Origin: an uncultured Gemmatimonadaceae bacterium
GTDB taxonomy: Bacteria; Gemmatimonadota; Gemmatimonadetes; Gemmatimonadales; Gemmatimonadaceae
Assembly (NCBI GenBank): GCA_963829055.1
Contig: CAWHHI010000011.1
Span: forward strand, 631,384 to 695,383
Reading direction: 5' to 3'
Length of the DNA: 64,000 bases
Both the position numbers and the translations under genes were made by a program. Shown here piece after piece: positions 1-9,496 of this stretch (positions are counted from its first letter, which is position 1; each line of letters opens with the position of its first letter). The notes under the pieces are model-generated. The model saw only the letters and a list, made by a program, of their open reading frames with translations. It made no database searches and was not told the origin of the DNA.

Positions 1-2
1 GT

Positions 3-185
3 CGCGAGATCGAGGTGCTGGGCATGCTGGCCGAGGGGTTGGCGAACAAGAACATTGCGGCGCGGCTTGGTATCTCGGAGCACACGGTGAAGACGCACGT
101 GGCGTCCATTCTCATGAAGCTCGACGCGTTTTCACGCGCCGAAGCCGTTGCGATCGGTGCTCGGCAGGGCCTGATCCTGTTGTAG
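3..185 (+). CDS. C-terminal end of a LuxR/NarL-family response regulator (HTH), truncated by the window edge
   Basis: My translation of frame 3: REIEVLGMLAEGLANKNIAARLGISEHTVKTHVASILMKL...RAEAVAIGARQGLILL*, a typical LuxR HTH. Confidence 0.9.
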   Translation, partial: REIEVLGMLAEGLANKNIAARLGISEHTVKTHVASILMKLDAFSRAEAVAIGARQGLILL

Positions 186-261
186 ACCGCCCGACAGCGG
201 CGCAGGACACTGGACACACCGCGTAGTGCGCGAGCCCATCCCTTGCGTTAGGACCCGGGTA

Positions 262-795
262 ATGGGGCAACCGCGACAATGGCTCGGACGATGGACGGCG
301 CTGACGTGGATCACGGGATTCGCGGGACTCGGCGCGGGCGCGCAAGTGCGGTCGAGCCCGGTCGACCTCAGCCGTCCCGTATCCATGGTGGAGCCCGCAT
401 CTGGCGACGTTTCCGGGTCATGGGCCGGGACGTTCAGCCTCGACTCGACGTGGGGGCTCGATCAACGCGCGTCGACGCGGTCCATACCAGCACGACTGCA
501 CTTCAATCCGGTCGGTGACGCGTCGCCCACCACGTCCAGCGCGCGGTCGGTTCACCCCGGCACATTCGAGATCGACTTCTCGCGTTTCGGGATCACACTC
601 TCGACGCAGGAAGCGCTCGGCTGGAGCGCGACGCCCGATTCGATGCGCGCGGTGCTCAACCCGACGGTGGACCACGGCCTGGTGGAGGTTCACGGCGTCT
701 TTCGCGGCGAGACAATCTCCGGCACGTGGAGTTACAAGAGCGACCCCGGCGGGGCGAGCGGCACGTTCGAGGTGAAGCGAGTCCAGTCGCGTTAG
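262..795 (+). CDS. Hypothetical secreted/membrane-anchored protein
   Basis: ORF 226..795, ATG at 262; hydrophobic N-terminus followed by a beta-rich region; GC3-rich codons. Confidence 0.55.
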   Translation: MGQPRQWLGRWTALTWITGFAGLGAGAQVRSSPVDLSRPVSMVEPASGDVSGSWAGTFSLDSTWGLDQRASTRSIPARLHFNPVGDASPTTSSARSVHPGTFEIDFSRFGITLSTQEALGWSATPDSMRAVLNPTVDHGLVEVHGVFRGETISGTWSYKSDPGGASGTFEVKRVQSR

Positions 796-1091
796 GCGCA
801 CGGAGTTGTCATCGCGCGCAGCGTCATCCCGAGCGAGGCGCGACGGCTTCTCTGTCTAGGGCCGAATTCGCCGTGAGCTCGAGAGATCCCGCTGCGCGCA
901 GCAGCGTTTCTGCGTCTCGCGTTGCGGACGCGGAGCGCGCCTGCGAATTCTGCGTCGCTGTTGGATTTAGAGGCCGAACGTATGACACGTCGCCATAGCC
1001 TCCGTCCTATGCCAGGAATCAATCCGTCAGATCCCCACGATCCGTTCCCGTTTGTCTGAGTGGGTTGCCGAAGCAGTTCCCTGTTACTCAG

Positions 1092-2624
1092 CTACCGTGA
1101 TGACTGACGCAGCAGCCTCCCTGCTTCCACGACGATGTCCGGCACCGCATCCACGTCAGCCACCGACGTTCGGAAATTCACGATGCACGCCCGCAGCGCG
1201 AACACGCCGTCGATGACCGCGTTCGACAGGTAAATGGCGCCGCCCTCCTGCAATCGCGTCAGGAGCGTCGTGTTCAACTCGTTCAGATATTTCGTGCGCT
1301 CGTCAGGCGACAGCGACGGGGACAGGTCCCGCGGAACGTAGCGGAACGTCGTGATGCTCAGCCCGTGCGTCAGTGCCTCGAGCTCCGGGTGCGCCTCGAC
1401 CTTCTCGTACATACGCCGACTCAGCGCGATGTCATCGGCGATGAGCTTCGTGTAGCCCTCGCGGCCAACCTGCTTGAAGGCGAGCCACACCTTGAGCGCA
1501 CGGAAGCCGCGCGAGTTCTGCGGACCCAGCTCGTGGAAGTTGATCGCCGGGTCTTCGGCCACGTCGGGAAAATGGTAGTACGACGGCTGGTGCGAGAACG
1601 CCGCACGTAACGCGTTAGGGTCACGAACCAGCGCGCAACCCGCCTCGAGTGGCGCATAGAACCACTTGTGTGGGTCGACCGCCACCGAATCCGCATCGCC
1701 TAACGCCGCAAGCGTCGCCGGTGCGCCAGGCACTCGCGCAGCCGGCGCGCCGTACGCCCCGTCGACGTGGAACCACACGCGCTCCTCTCGACACAGCGTC
1801 GCGATGTCCGGCAGCGGGTCCACCGCGCCCGTCGCCACAGAGCCTCCTGTACCAATCACGAGGAACGGCAGGAACCCCGCGCGACGATCTTCGGCCATCC
1901 GCTCGCGCAGTCGGTCCATACGCATGCGCTGCTCGCTATCGACTTCGATCCACCGCACGGCATCGTTGCCGAGTCCGTAGAGCTCGACCGCTTTCTGGAT
2001 CCACGTGTGCGTCTCGGCCGATGTGTACACCGTGAGCTTCGCGCCGTCGCCTGCAACCATTCCCTTCGCTCGCAGGTCCCACCCGGCGCGCGTCGCGTAC
2101 GCCGTGCGTGCGGCGAGGAAGCAGACCATGTTCGCCATGTTCCCGCCGCTCACGAACAGCCCGCCACACGATGCCGGGAAGCCGAGGAACTCCGCCACCC
2201 ACCGCACTGCTTGTCGCTCGATCTCCGTCGCGCTGGGCGACAGCGACCACGCGCCGACGTTCGGGTTGACCGCGGCGGCCAACATGTCGGCGAGAATGCC
2301 GATCGGGGCTGCCGATGCCGTGATGTAGCCGAAGAAGCGCGGATGTCCGTTGAACGTCGAATTGTCGAACAACACGGACGCCGCGTCGTTCAACAGCTTC
2401 GCCGGATCGTCGCCGGTTTCAGGAAGGCGACCGTCCCCCAACAGCGCGCGGATCGCGCTCGGCGTGGTGTGAGGGGCGACCGGCCGATCGGAAAGCGACG
2501 CGAGCAGAGCGGCAATGCGATCGACGAGCGCGTGTCCGGCCGCGCGGAATTGCGCGGGGTCCATCTCCAATGACGCATCCCGCCGGTCGCTCACAGCGGC
2601 GACGTGGTCCTGCGTGGTGCTCAC
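1092..2624 (-). CDS. Group II PLP-dependent decarboxylase (aromatic amino acid/glutamate decarboxylase family)
   Basis: HPRFFGYI, SGGNMAN, HVDGAYG, DPHKW (PLP lysine) and RALKVW motifs. Confidence 0.92.
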   Translation of the reverse strand: MSTTQDHVAAVSDRRDASLEMDPAQFRAAGHALVDRIAALLASLSDRPVAPHTTPSAIRALLGDGRLPETGDDPAKLLNDAASVLFDNSTFNGHPRFFGYITASAAPIGILADMLAAAVNPNVGAWSLSPSATEIERQAVRWVAEFLGFPASCGGLFVSGGNMANMVCFLAARTAYATRAGWDLRAKGMVAGDGAKLTVYTSAETHTWIQKAVELYGLGNDAVRWIEVDSEQRMRMDRLRERMAEDRRAGFLPFLVIGTGGSVATGAVDPLPDIATLCREERVWFHVDGAYGAPAARVPGAPATLAALGDADSVAVDPHKWFYAPLEAGCALVRDPNALRAAFSHQPSYYHFPDVAEDPAINFHELGPQNSRGFRALKVWLAFKQVGREGYTKLIADDIALSRRMYEKVEAHPELEALTHGLSITTFRYVPRDLSPSLSPDERTKYLNELNTTLLTRLQEGGAIYLSNAVIDGVFALRACIVNFRTSVADVDAVPDIVVEAGRLLRQSSR

Positions 2625-2806
2625 GACGTCTCCTCCGTTGACGAAATTCCCAGCGGTCTCGCGGTCAGTCTACCGCCGCCGCCCACTGAACGATATAAGG
2701 TATGGCATCCGGCAACCCGTTTCTTGTACAAAGTGAACGCACGCGAGGAATTGAAGTCATGACCTGCCAGGTGCCAGTGGGTCGGGTATCGCTGCTCACG
2801 GCTGCC

Positions 2807-3757
2807 ATGTCGGAGCGTAGGCGCGCGTTGCGGACGGTCGCCCTGACGATCGGCATCGTCGCGTTCGCATCGGCGCCCGCGACTCACGCGTTAGGTGCGC
2901 AGCCGCCGCACCGTTCGATCCTCGCCGAGAAGATGCGCGCGGACCTGCGCCGTATCGCTGACGACACCCGAGGGGTAGTCGGCGCGCAGGTCATCGATCT
3001 CGCGACCGGCGATCGCATTGGCGTGAACGACACGCTGACGTTCCCGCAGGGCAGCGCGATCAAGATCCCGCTGCTGATCGAGCTGTACCGACAGGACGCG
3101 GTCGGTCAACTCAAGCTCTCGACGCGCGTGCCGGTTCGTCAGGCGGATCGTACTGGCGGCAGCGGTCTCCTCCTCAACCTTGGCGACGGCACGAGCGAGC
3201 TGTCACTCGGCGATCTCGCCATGTTCATGATCACCGTGTCCGACAACACGGCGACGAACATGCTCATCGACCGCGTGGGCATGGACAAGGTGAACGGGAC
3301 GATGCGCGAGCTCGGCGTGCCTCAGGTCAAGCTGCAGCGGAAGATGATTCGTCCGAAGGACAGCGCGGCGGGAAACGAGAACATCGCGACGCCAACCGGG
3401 GCGGCAACGATCATGGCGAAGATCGCGCGATGCGAGCTCCCGATGCCGAAGGAGCGGTGTGGTGAGCTGCGGAAGCTGCTCGAGATTCCGAAAGGCGGAC
3501 CGATCGAGGCGTCGGTCCCGGAAGGCGTGCGGGTCGCCTGGAAACCGGGGGACATCGAGGGCGTGAACACGGCATGGGGTCTCGTGGATCTTCCGGGCCG
3601 CCCGTATGTGGTAGTGGGGATGGTCAACTACAGCGACGCGAGCGACGCGGAGCGCGCGCTCAGGCGCATTGCCGACGCTGCCTACGGATACTTCCACGTC
3701 CTGGCGCGATCGACACCGTACGGGGCGCGAGTGCCGCTCGAGGTCATGCCGAAGTAG
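2807..3757 (+). CDS. Secreted serine hydrolase, class A beta-lactamase-like fold
   Basis: SAIK (SxxK), SDN and KPG motifs; signal peptide; start uncertain within ORF 2702..3757. Confidence 0.85.
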   Translation: MSERRRALRTVALTIGIVAFASAPATHALGAQPPHRSILAEKMRADLRRIADDTRGVVGAQVIDLATGDRIGVNDTLTFPQGSAIKIPLLIELYRQDAVGQLKLSTRVPVRQADRTGGSGLLLNLGDGTSELSLGDLAMFMITVSDNTATNMLIDRVGMDKVNGTMRELGVPQVKLQRKMIRPKDSAAGNENIATPTGAATIMAKIARCELPMPKERCGELRKLLEIPKGGPIEASVPEGVRVAWKPGDIEGVNTAWGLVDLPGRPYVVVGMVNYSDASDAERALRRIADAAYGYFHVLARSTPYGARVPLEVMPK

Positions 3758-3758
3758 C

Positions 3759-3899
3759 TGTCATTCCGAGCGGAGCGTCAGCGGAGTCGAGGAATCGCGA
3801 TCGTAGCGGTAGAGGGGCCCCTCTACCGGTAGGATCGCGATTCCTCGACTGCGCCGCTTCGCGGCTCCGCTCGGAATGACAGCCCGGCTCGGAATGACA
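3759..3899. repeat. REP/REPIN-like palindromic element, type A
   Basis: TGTCATTCCGAGCG...GAGGAATCGCGATC...TAGAGGGGCCCCTCTA...GATCGCGATTCCTCG...GCTCGGAATGACA, plus a duplicated right end. Confidence 0.9.
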
Positions 3900-3964
3900 G
3901 CCGGGCCAAACCTTGGTCCCCATTCGCCTGTCTCATGTGGCAGTCCACTCACGGAGACACCCGA

Positions 3965-4870
3965 ATGCTTTCCCGTTTCGCACCTGCGCTGGTCGCCGCG
4001 TGCGTGCTCGCTTCACCGCTCGCCGCCCAGAACCAACTCCAGGGCCGCGAGGGGAATCGGTTCACGTGGTCCGAGCGTGTGCCTGCCGGCCAATGGCTGC
4101 GCGTCTACGGAAACAATGGACGGATCACCGTCAGCGAAGCGACGGGCGATGCAGCCGAGGTCGTGGGAGAGAAGGACGTGCGACGCGGACGTCCCGAGGA
4201 CATCGCGTTCGAGGTCCGGCGGACGAGTGACGGCGTCACCATCTGCGCGATCATCGACGACGACACCGACTGCGATGACAGGGGCGTGCGCCATCGCGGC
4301 CGATGGAACGACGAGTCGAACGGGTTGCGCGTGCACTTCACCGTTCGCGTTCCGAAAGGCGTGAAGCTCGCCGTCGGATCGGGCAACGGCGATGTGGCGG
4401 TGACCGGCGCAACGGCAGACGTCCAGGCGTCGAGCGGCAACGGGAAGGTGCGCGTATCGGCCGGCGGGCCTGTGAGCGCCTCGAGCGGGAACGGTGATGT
4501 GCGCGTCGACCGCGCGGGCGGGCCAGTAAAGGCGTCGAGCGGCAACGGCAGCGTGTTCGTAGTCACCACCCGCGGACCCGTGAATGCGTCGAGCGGCAAC
4601 GGAGATGTGGAAGTCTCGATGGATGCGCTCGCCGACACGGCCGAGGACATGGAGCTGTCGAGCGGCAACGGCACGGTGACGGCCACGGTGCCATCGGACT
4701 TCGCTGGCGAGCTCGATGCGTCGACGGGCTCGGGGAAGTTCTACAGCGACTTCCCGCTCACGCTGCAGGGCCGCATCAACCCACACCGTGTCCATGCGAC
4801 GATCGGCCGTGGCGGCAGGCGGATCACGATGAGCTCCGGGAACGGCGACGTGGAGTTGAAGAAAAAATGA
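3965..4870 (+). CDS. DUF4097-like beta-strand repeat (putative adhesin) protein
   Basis: Signal peptide; repeated ASSGNGDV units; GGAG upstream of ATG 3965. Confidence 0.88.
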   Translation: MLSRFAPALVAACVLASPLAAQNQLQGREGNRFTWSERVPAGQWLRVYGNNGRITVSEATGDAAEVVGEKDVRRGRPEDIAFEVRRTSDGVTICAIIDDDTDCDDRGVRHRGRWNDESNGLRVHFTVRVPKGVKLAVGSGNGDVAVTGATADVQASSGNGKVRVSAGGPVSASSGNGDVRVDRAGGPVKASSGNGSVFVVTTRGPVNASSGNGDVEVSMDALADTAEDMELSSGNGTVTATVPSDFAGELDASTGSGKFYSDFPLTLQGRINPHRVHATIGRGGRRITMSSGNGDVELKKK

Positions 4871-4900
4871 GCTCGTGGATCATCGCGGATCGAGCGATAC

Positions 4901-5264
4901 GCATCATCGCGCCGCGGCCGGTGGGAACTACGATTGACGCGGATTGAACGGAAAACAGCCGGATACACCTTTGCATCGACGCTGGCTCTCGCCGGGCCTG
5001 AATGAAAGAGGAACGGCCGCTCGGGACGCAGGAGTCTCCCGAGCGGCCGTTCCCAAAGAATCCGGGCTCGTGGCGCGAGGGGCCGTCCCGAACGCGATCG
5101 ATCCTGCTTCTTCCGCGTCATCCGCGAAATCGCAGTTCCCACCGATCCGGCGCGATGATGCTCGAATGCAAAGCCGGATCCGGCAGTTTCGCAGTACCGA
5201 TCCGCACAATCGTAGTTCCCACCGGCCCGGCGCGATGGTGCGCGAATGCAAAGCCGGATCCGGC
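4901..5264. repeat. Complex intergenic hairpin and direct-repeat region between convergent genes
   Basis: 17-bp perfect stem 5010-5026/5037-5053; 57-bp direct repeats 5128-5184 and 5208-5264; inverted partial copy 4901-4935. Confidence 0.8.
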
Positions 5265-5267
5265 TGC

Positions 5268-7418
5268 CTATCGCCCCACAGAGATCGTCATTCCCGCATA
5301 GACGGTCCGCCCAGGCGAGGGCTCGAAGTAGCGGCCAGCCGCAGCATTCACCACGATCGACCCCGCATACGCGCGGTCGAACAGATTCGACACACCGAAC
5401 ACCGGCACCAGCGCCATCCCCGCAACCGTCACACGCCCACCGATCCGCGCGTTCGCCACCTCCCAACCACCCGCGCGCAGCGTGTTCGCGTCGTCCATGA
5501 ACATCCCGCCCGCTGTCTGTCCTTCCACCGTCCCGAACCAGCCGCGCCAGTTGTACGTCACGTAGCCTTGCAACTGCTGGTTAGGCACGCCCGGAATCGT
5601 GTTCCCACTGAAGTCGTTCGCGCCGACGGTGTAGTCCTCGAACGCGAAGTCCGAATAGCTGTACGACGCACCGATCGTCGTCGCGCCTAACGCCGATGCC
5701 AGGCCCAGCTCGCCGCCGCGCCGCCGCGTCGACCCCGCGTTCCGGAAGTACCGCCGCCCCGCCCCGCCCGGCACCTCGAATGGAATGAGCTCGTCCCTGA
5801 CGCGCGTCGCGAACAGCGCCGCGTCATAGCGCAGTCTACCGAACGCTACTCCTTTCACCCCCGCCTCGAACGTGGTCGCGTACTGCGGGTCGAGCGTCGG
5901 GTTGATCCCCGCGGAGCCATCGGGCTTGTTCGCGAGCTCCGTCGCCGTCGGCGTCTCGAACGCGGTCGAGAGGTTCGCGTACACGGAGTGCAGCGCGCCG
6001 ACGCGCGCGACGAGGCCGACCAGCGGGCTCACCGCGTGCAGCGTGCGCTCGCCCGAGTCGTCCGGATTCGTCGCCGTGATGAGGTGATCGCCGACCCGGA
6101 ACTGCACGTAGTCGGCGCGCACGCCTAACGTCAGACGGTAGCGGTCCGAGAATGCGATCTCGTCCCGCACGAACGGCCCGAGCCCCGAGACCCGCTCACG
6201 CTGGTCGAGCTGCACCACGCCGCGCTCACGCGAGACGACGGGACACGCCGCCGTCGGCTGCGTGAGCGGCGGCACGAAGTTGCAGTTCGCGAAGTTCTTG
6301 CGCTCGTCGTCCTGAAACTGCGCGTCCATGCCCGCACTCACACGATGGTCGAGCCCGAGGAAGCGAACCGGAACGGTCACGCGCGCGTTTGCACCGGACG
6401 TCGTGCGGTCGACATCCACGATCGCGAACGTGAGCGGATTGTCGAGCGTGCGCCAACCGAAGTGCGCCGCGGCGGACCACTCCACCCCGCTCGACGAGCG
6501 TCGGTTCGCGGTCAGGCCGAGCTGCGACTGCTGCACCGCCTTGCGCGTCGCCTTCCGGATCTGCGCCGGATCCGCCTGACGCGGATCACTCTTCATCTCG
6601 GCCGCCGTGAGCGCGCCCGGATTCTCCGCCGTCGGCGTGTCGTACCCGGTGTACGTGAGCGCGAGATCGCCGGCCTCGCCCGACAGCATCGCCCGCGCCG
6701 TCCCACTCGTGGATTGTTGCCGAGCGTAGAGGCGGTACCCGTCCTGGTCGGTGCGCGAGAGGTCACCCTGGTACTGAATCGCACCCGCCGTCCCACCGGC
6801 AGCGCCCGCCCAACGCTTCAGGCCATACGAACCGCCAGTCCCCGTCACACGACCCGCGATCGCGTCAGATGGCGGATCCGCCGTGCGAACCTCGACGACT
6901 CCGCCCGCCGCGTTTCCGTACAGAGAGCCCGCGCTCCCACGAATGACCTCGATGCTCCCAACCGACTCGAGATCGAGGTAGTCGATGGGCGTCTGCCCAT
7001 CGGGTAGCGTGAGCGGAATGCCGTCGCGCACCACCCGAACGCCGCGCACGCCGAACGCCGATCGCGCGCCGAAGCCTCGGATGGAGATGCGCGGGTCCTG
7101 CGTGGGGTTGCTCCGGTTGGCAACGGCGAGGCCCGGGATCGCCAGCAGCATCTCGTCGAACGAGACATGACGGAGAGACGGTCGGCCACTGTCCGGCACA
7201 ATCCGCGAGATCGCGTACGGGAGGTCGAGCGTCGGGCGCGCGGCGTCACGCGTGACGGTGACCTGCACGGGCGGCAGCGTCGACGGCCGCGGTCTGGGCG
7301 GCGTGGTGTCTTGCTGTGCGTCGAGGCGGTGCGTGATGCCGACACTCATCGACGCAACACACAGCGCGGTGATGTTGAGCCCCGTGAACCTTCGACCCGC
7401 GAACGTCTGTATCGGCAC
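5268..7418 (-). CDS. TonB-dependent receptor
   Basis: Plug motifs ISIRGFG, DGIP and IEVIRGSAGSLYGNAAGGVV; C-terminal NLFDRAY...PGRTVYAG; probable GTG start at 7418. Confidence 0.93.
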   Translation of the reverse strand: MPIQTFAGRRFTGLNITALCVASMSVGITHRLDAQQDTTPPRPRPSTLPPVQVTVTRDAARPTLDLPYAISRIVPDSGRPSLRHVSFDEMLLAIPGLAVANRSNPTQDPRISIRGFGARSAFGVRGVRVVRDGIPLTLPDGQTPIDYLDLESVGSIEVIRGSAGSLYGNAAGGVVEVRTADPPSDAIAGRVTGTGGSYGLKRWAGAAGGTAGAIQYQGDLSRTDQDGYRLYARQQSTSGTARAMLSGEAGDLALTYTGYDTPTAENPGALTAAEMKSDPRQADPAQIRKATRKAVQQSQLGLTANRRSSSGVEWSAAAHFGWRTLDNPLTFAIVDVDRTTSGANARVTVPVRFLGLDHRVSAGMDAQFQDDERKNFANCNFVPPLTQPTAACPVVSRERGVVQLDQRERVSGLGPFVRDEIAFSDRYRLTLGVRADYVQFRVGDHLITATNPDDSGERTLHAVSPLVGLVARVGALHSVYANLSTAFETPTATELANKPDGSAGINPTLDPQYATTFEAGVKGVAFGRLRYDAALFATRVRDELIPFEVPGGAGRRYFRNAGSTRRRGGELGLASALGATTIGASYSYSDFAFEDYTVGANDFSGNTIPGVPNQQLQGYVTYNWRGWFGTVEGQTAGGMFMDDANTLRAGGWEVANARIGGRVTVAGMALVPVFGVSNLFDRAYAGSIVVNAAAGRYFEPSPGRTVYAGMTISVGR

Positions 7419-7717
7419 GCGATGCCTTGATACTGGTGCAGTGGTATGTCCGCCGAGCACCGATTCCGAACGTTTCTCGACACGTGTTCGAATCGTGTTC
7501 AACGCGGGTTCGAGCGCCGGCGAAGCTGCAGGCGGTCTCGGACCCGTGCAACCCCTGTGCAACCCTGATGCTGGATTGCGGCGGCCGCGCAACTCGGGCT
7601 ACCCACAGTGTTCAGTGCGTTCGCCAGGCGCTACAGTATCGAAGTTGCCGTCGCTCACTTTCACCTGTCCGGCCGCGCGCAGCGTGGCAACGCCGGCCCG
7701 TACACGCGGAGAACTCG

Positions 7718-8026
7718 ATGACGAATCCTCGCCCACCACGGAAGCACGTGATCACGCACGAAGAAGCGGTCGCACAGCTGAGCCGCCGTCCGAAGGAGCT
7801 GAAAGAGCGAGGCGGTCACTTTCCTCGCGAAGCCATCGAGCAGATCCTCGCGCAGCCGGGTTGCGCCAGCATTCGCTTCTACTTCGGGACCAAGACAGAC
7901 GGTTCCCTGGCGGTCGTGATGGTCGGTATGGACGAGAACGAGAAAGACATGACCGCCGGCGTCATCATCGAGGATCACTATCCCTGCCCACCATTCTGCG
8001 ACGCGACGAGCAGCCTGATTCGGTAG
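7718..8026 (+). CDS. Small (102 aa) uncharacterised protein with a near-C-terminal PCPPFC motif
   Basis: GGAGA RBS at 7708-7712, ATG 7718; MTNPRPPRKHVITHEEA...ILAQPGCASIRFYFG...VMVGMD...IIEDHYPCPPFCDATSSLIR*. Confidence 0.85.
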   Translation: MTNPRPPRKHVITHEEAVAQLSRRPKELKERGGHFPREAIEQILAQPGCASIRFYFGTKTDGSLAVVMVGMDENEKDMTAGVIIEDHYPCPPFCDATSSLIR

Positions 8027-8027
8027 C

Positions 8028-8746
8028 ATGGGCAGTAGACTGCTCGCATTCGTTGTAGACGTGGCGCAGATCGCTTCCGCTGACGGCGCACACCGCTCAT
8101 CCTCCACGCTGCTGCGTTATCCCAGGCACTGCCGGTTCTCGCGGGGCTTCGTCATGGTCGGCGACTTCCGGCAGCGCGATTGCTGGACCATCGCGTGGTG
8201 CGTGGCGCTCATGGTCGGCGACGGCGCGCAGCTCTGGTGGCGAGGTGGCGAGCGGCACGAACAATCTCTGGCTTCAGGCAGCTGGCAACTCCGCTTCAGA
8301 ACGCGATCATGCTGTGGACGTTGTCGCTCTGGCAGCGTCACGCGGTGTCGCGACTCGCCTTTCGCATCGCAATTCCGCTGTTCCTCGTCACCGTCCTGGC
8401 GCTCATCCCGACCGTCAGCGACACGTCGGACGTTCGATACCGTCACCGACCGTTTCAGGCGTTGGTCCTTCTCGCGGGCGCGTTGTATACGCTCGTACGG
8501 AACGCGGCGAGCGAACCGGGCGACGTCACACGCCAGGACTGGTTCTGGATCACGCTCGGCACATCGCTGTACTTCGCGATGCGCGTCGCGCTACCGCCGT
8601 TCGCTGCGATCCTGATGAGCTCCCATGTGGAGCTCGTCCGGCTCGCTTACTTTGTCCAGGCGTGGGCCGACATCGCGGTCTTCCTGCTCATTGCCCGAGG
8701 GATCTGGTGTCCCCTTCCGCAGGCGCGTTCTGGTGGCTTTTTCTGA
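8028..8746 (+). CDS. Polytopic (about 7 TM) membrane protein, putative sensor subunit; frameshifted in this assembly
   Basis: Hydrophobic segments spread over three frames: LILHAAALSQALPVLAG, WTIAWCVALMV, NNLWL, IAIPLFLVTVLALI, FQALVLLAGALY, WFWITLGTSLYF, IAVFLLIARGIW; exact start uncertain (8028-8090). Confidence 0.7.
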
Positions 8747-9486
8747 TGGCGGTGCTCGCGCTCGTCGTGATCCTCACGGCGTTCGCGGCGGCGCTGATCA
8801 TCTATCAACGGCGGTTCCTCCAGATGCACCGGACGTTCGCCGACAACCTGCTCGCCGCGCACGAGGAGGAACGCGCGTGGGTCGCGCGTGAGGTCCACGA
8901 CGACGCGCTGCAACGCGTCGCGATGCTGGTCCACGAGCTCGATGAATGGCCGGGAATCCCCGCGGGGAATGCGTCGGCCAGCGCAACCGAACGCGTTGCC
9001 GCGCTGCGTGAAGAGATCGAGGATCTCGGTGTCATGCTGCGCCGAGTCGCGCATCGCATGCACCCCGCGCTCATCGATCACGCGGGGCTCGTTCCGGCGC
9101 TCCAATCGCTCGCGATGGACGTCACCAGATCGTCAGGGATTCGCGTGGAAGTGACGGACGAATTGCGGCTCGATGGCGCGTCGCCGCCAGCCGGCGAGCG
9201 CGCGCTACTCGTCTACCGCATCGCGCAGGAAGCACTGCGTAACGTCGTCAAGCACGCCGGCGTATCGCAGTGCGACATGCTCGTCGCGCTCTCTCCTGCC
9301 AGCATCGAGCTTCGCGTGACAGACCGCGGCAAAGGCTTTGTCGCCGACGACTCGGCCAAGGGACGTGGGCTGGGTCTCATCAGCATGGCGGAACGTGCGC
9401 GCCTTGCCGATGGCCGGTTGGAAGTGTGGTCACGACCGGGCGACGGCACGACCGTGCGAGCACTCATTCCTCGTCAGGCACTTTGA
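8707..9486 (+). CDS. HisKA_3 (NarX/UhpB-type) histidine kinase with a single N-terminal TM helix
   Basis: EEERAWVAREVHDD H-box, QEALRNVVKHA N-box, DRGKGF and GLGLISM G-boxes; GTG 8707 (GAGGG upstream) or ATG 8746 overlapping the upstream TGA. Confidence 0.92.
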   Translation: MSPSAGAFWWLFLMAVLALVVILTAFAAALIIYQRRFLQMHRTFADNLLAAHEEERAWVAREVHDDALQRVAMLVHELDEWPGIPAGNASASATERVAALREEIEDLGVMLRRVAHRMHPALIDHAGLVPALQSLAMDVTRSSGIRVEVTDELRLDGASPPAGERALLVYRIAQEALRNVVKHAGVSQCDMLVALSPASIELRVTDRGKGFVADDSAKGRGLGLISMAERARLADGRLEVWSRPGDGTTVRALIPRQAL

Positions 9487-9496
9487 CCGGATCAAC

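Noticed and set aside
2807..3757. True class A beta-lactamase resistance gene
   Set aside because: KPG instead of KTG and no recognisable omega-loop ExxLN motif; only fold-level similarity.
5128..5264. Possible CRISPR array
   Set aside because: Only two 57-bp units with a 23-bp spacer, and no cas genes in the window.
7420..7717. Cobalamin or other riboswitch upstream of the TonB receptor
   Set aside because: No B12-box or other recognisable aptamer consensus seen by eye.
8245..8706. N-terminal extension of the kinase ORF 8245..9486
   Set aside because: Mostly an out-of-frame reading of the membrane protein gene; only the short NNLWL segment appears to be real membrane-protein sequence.
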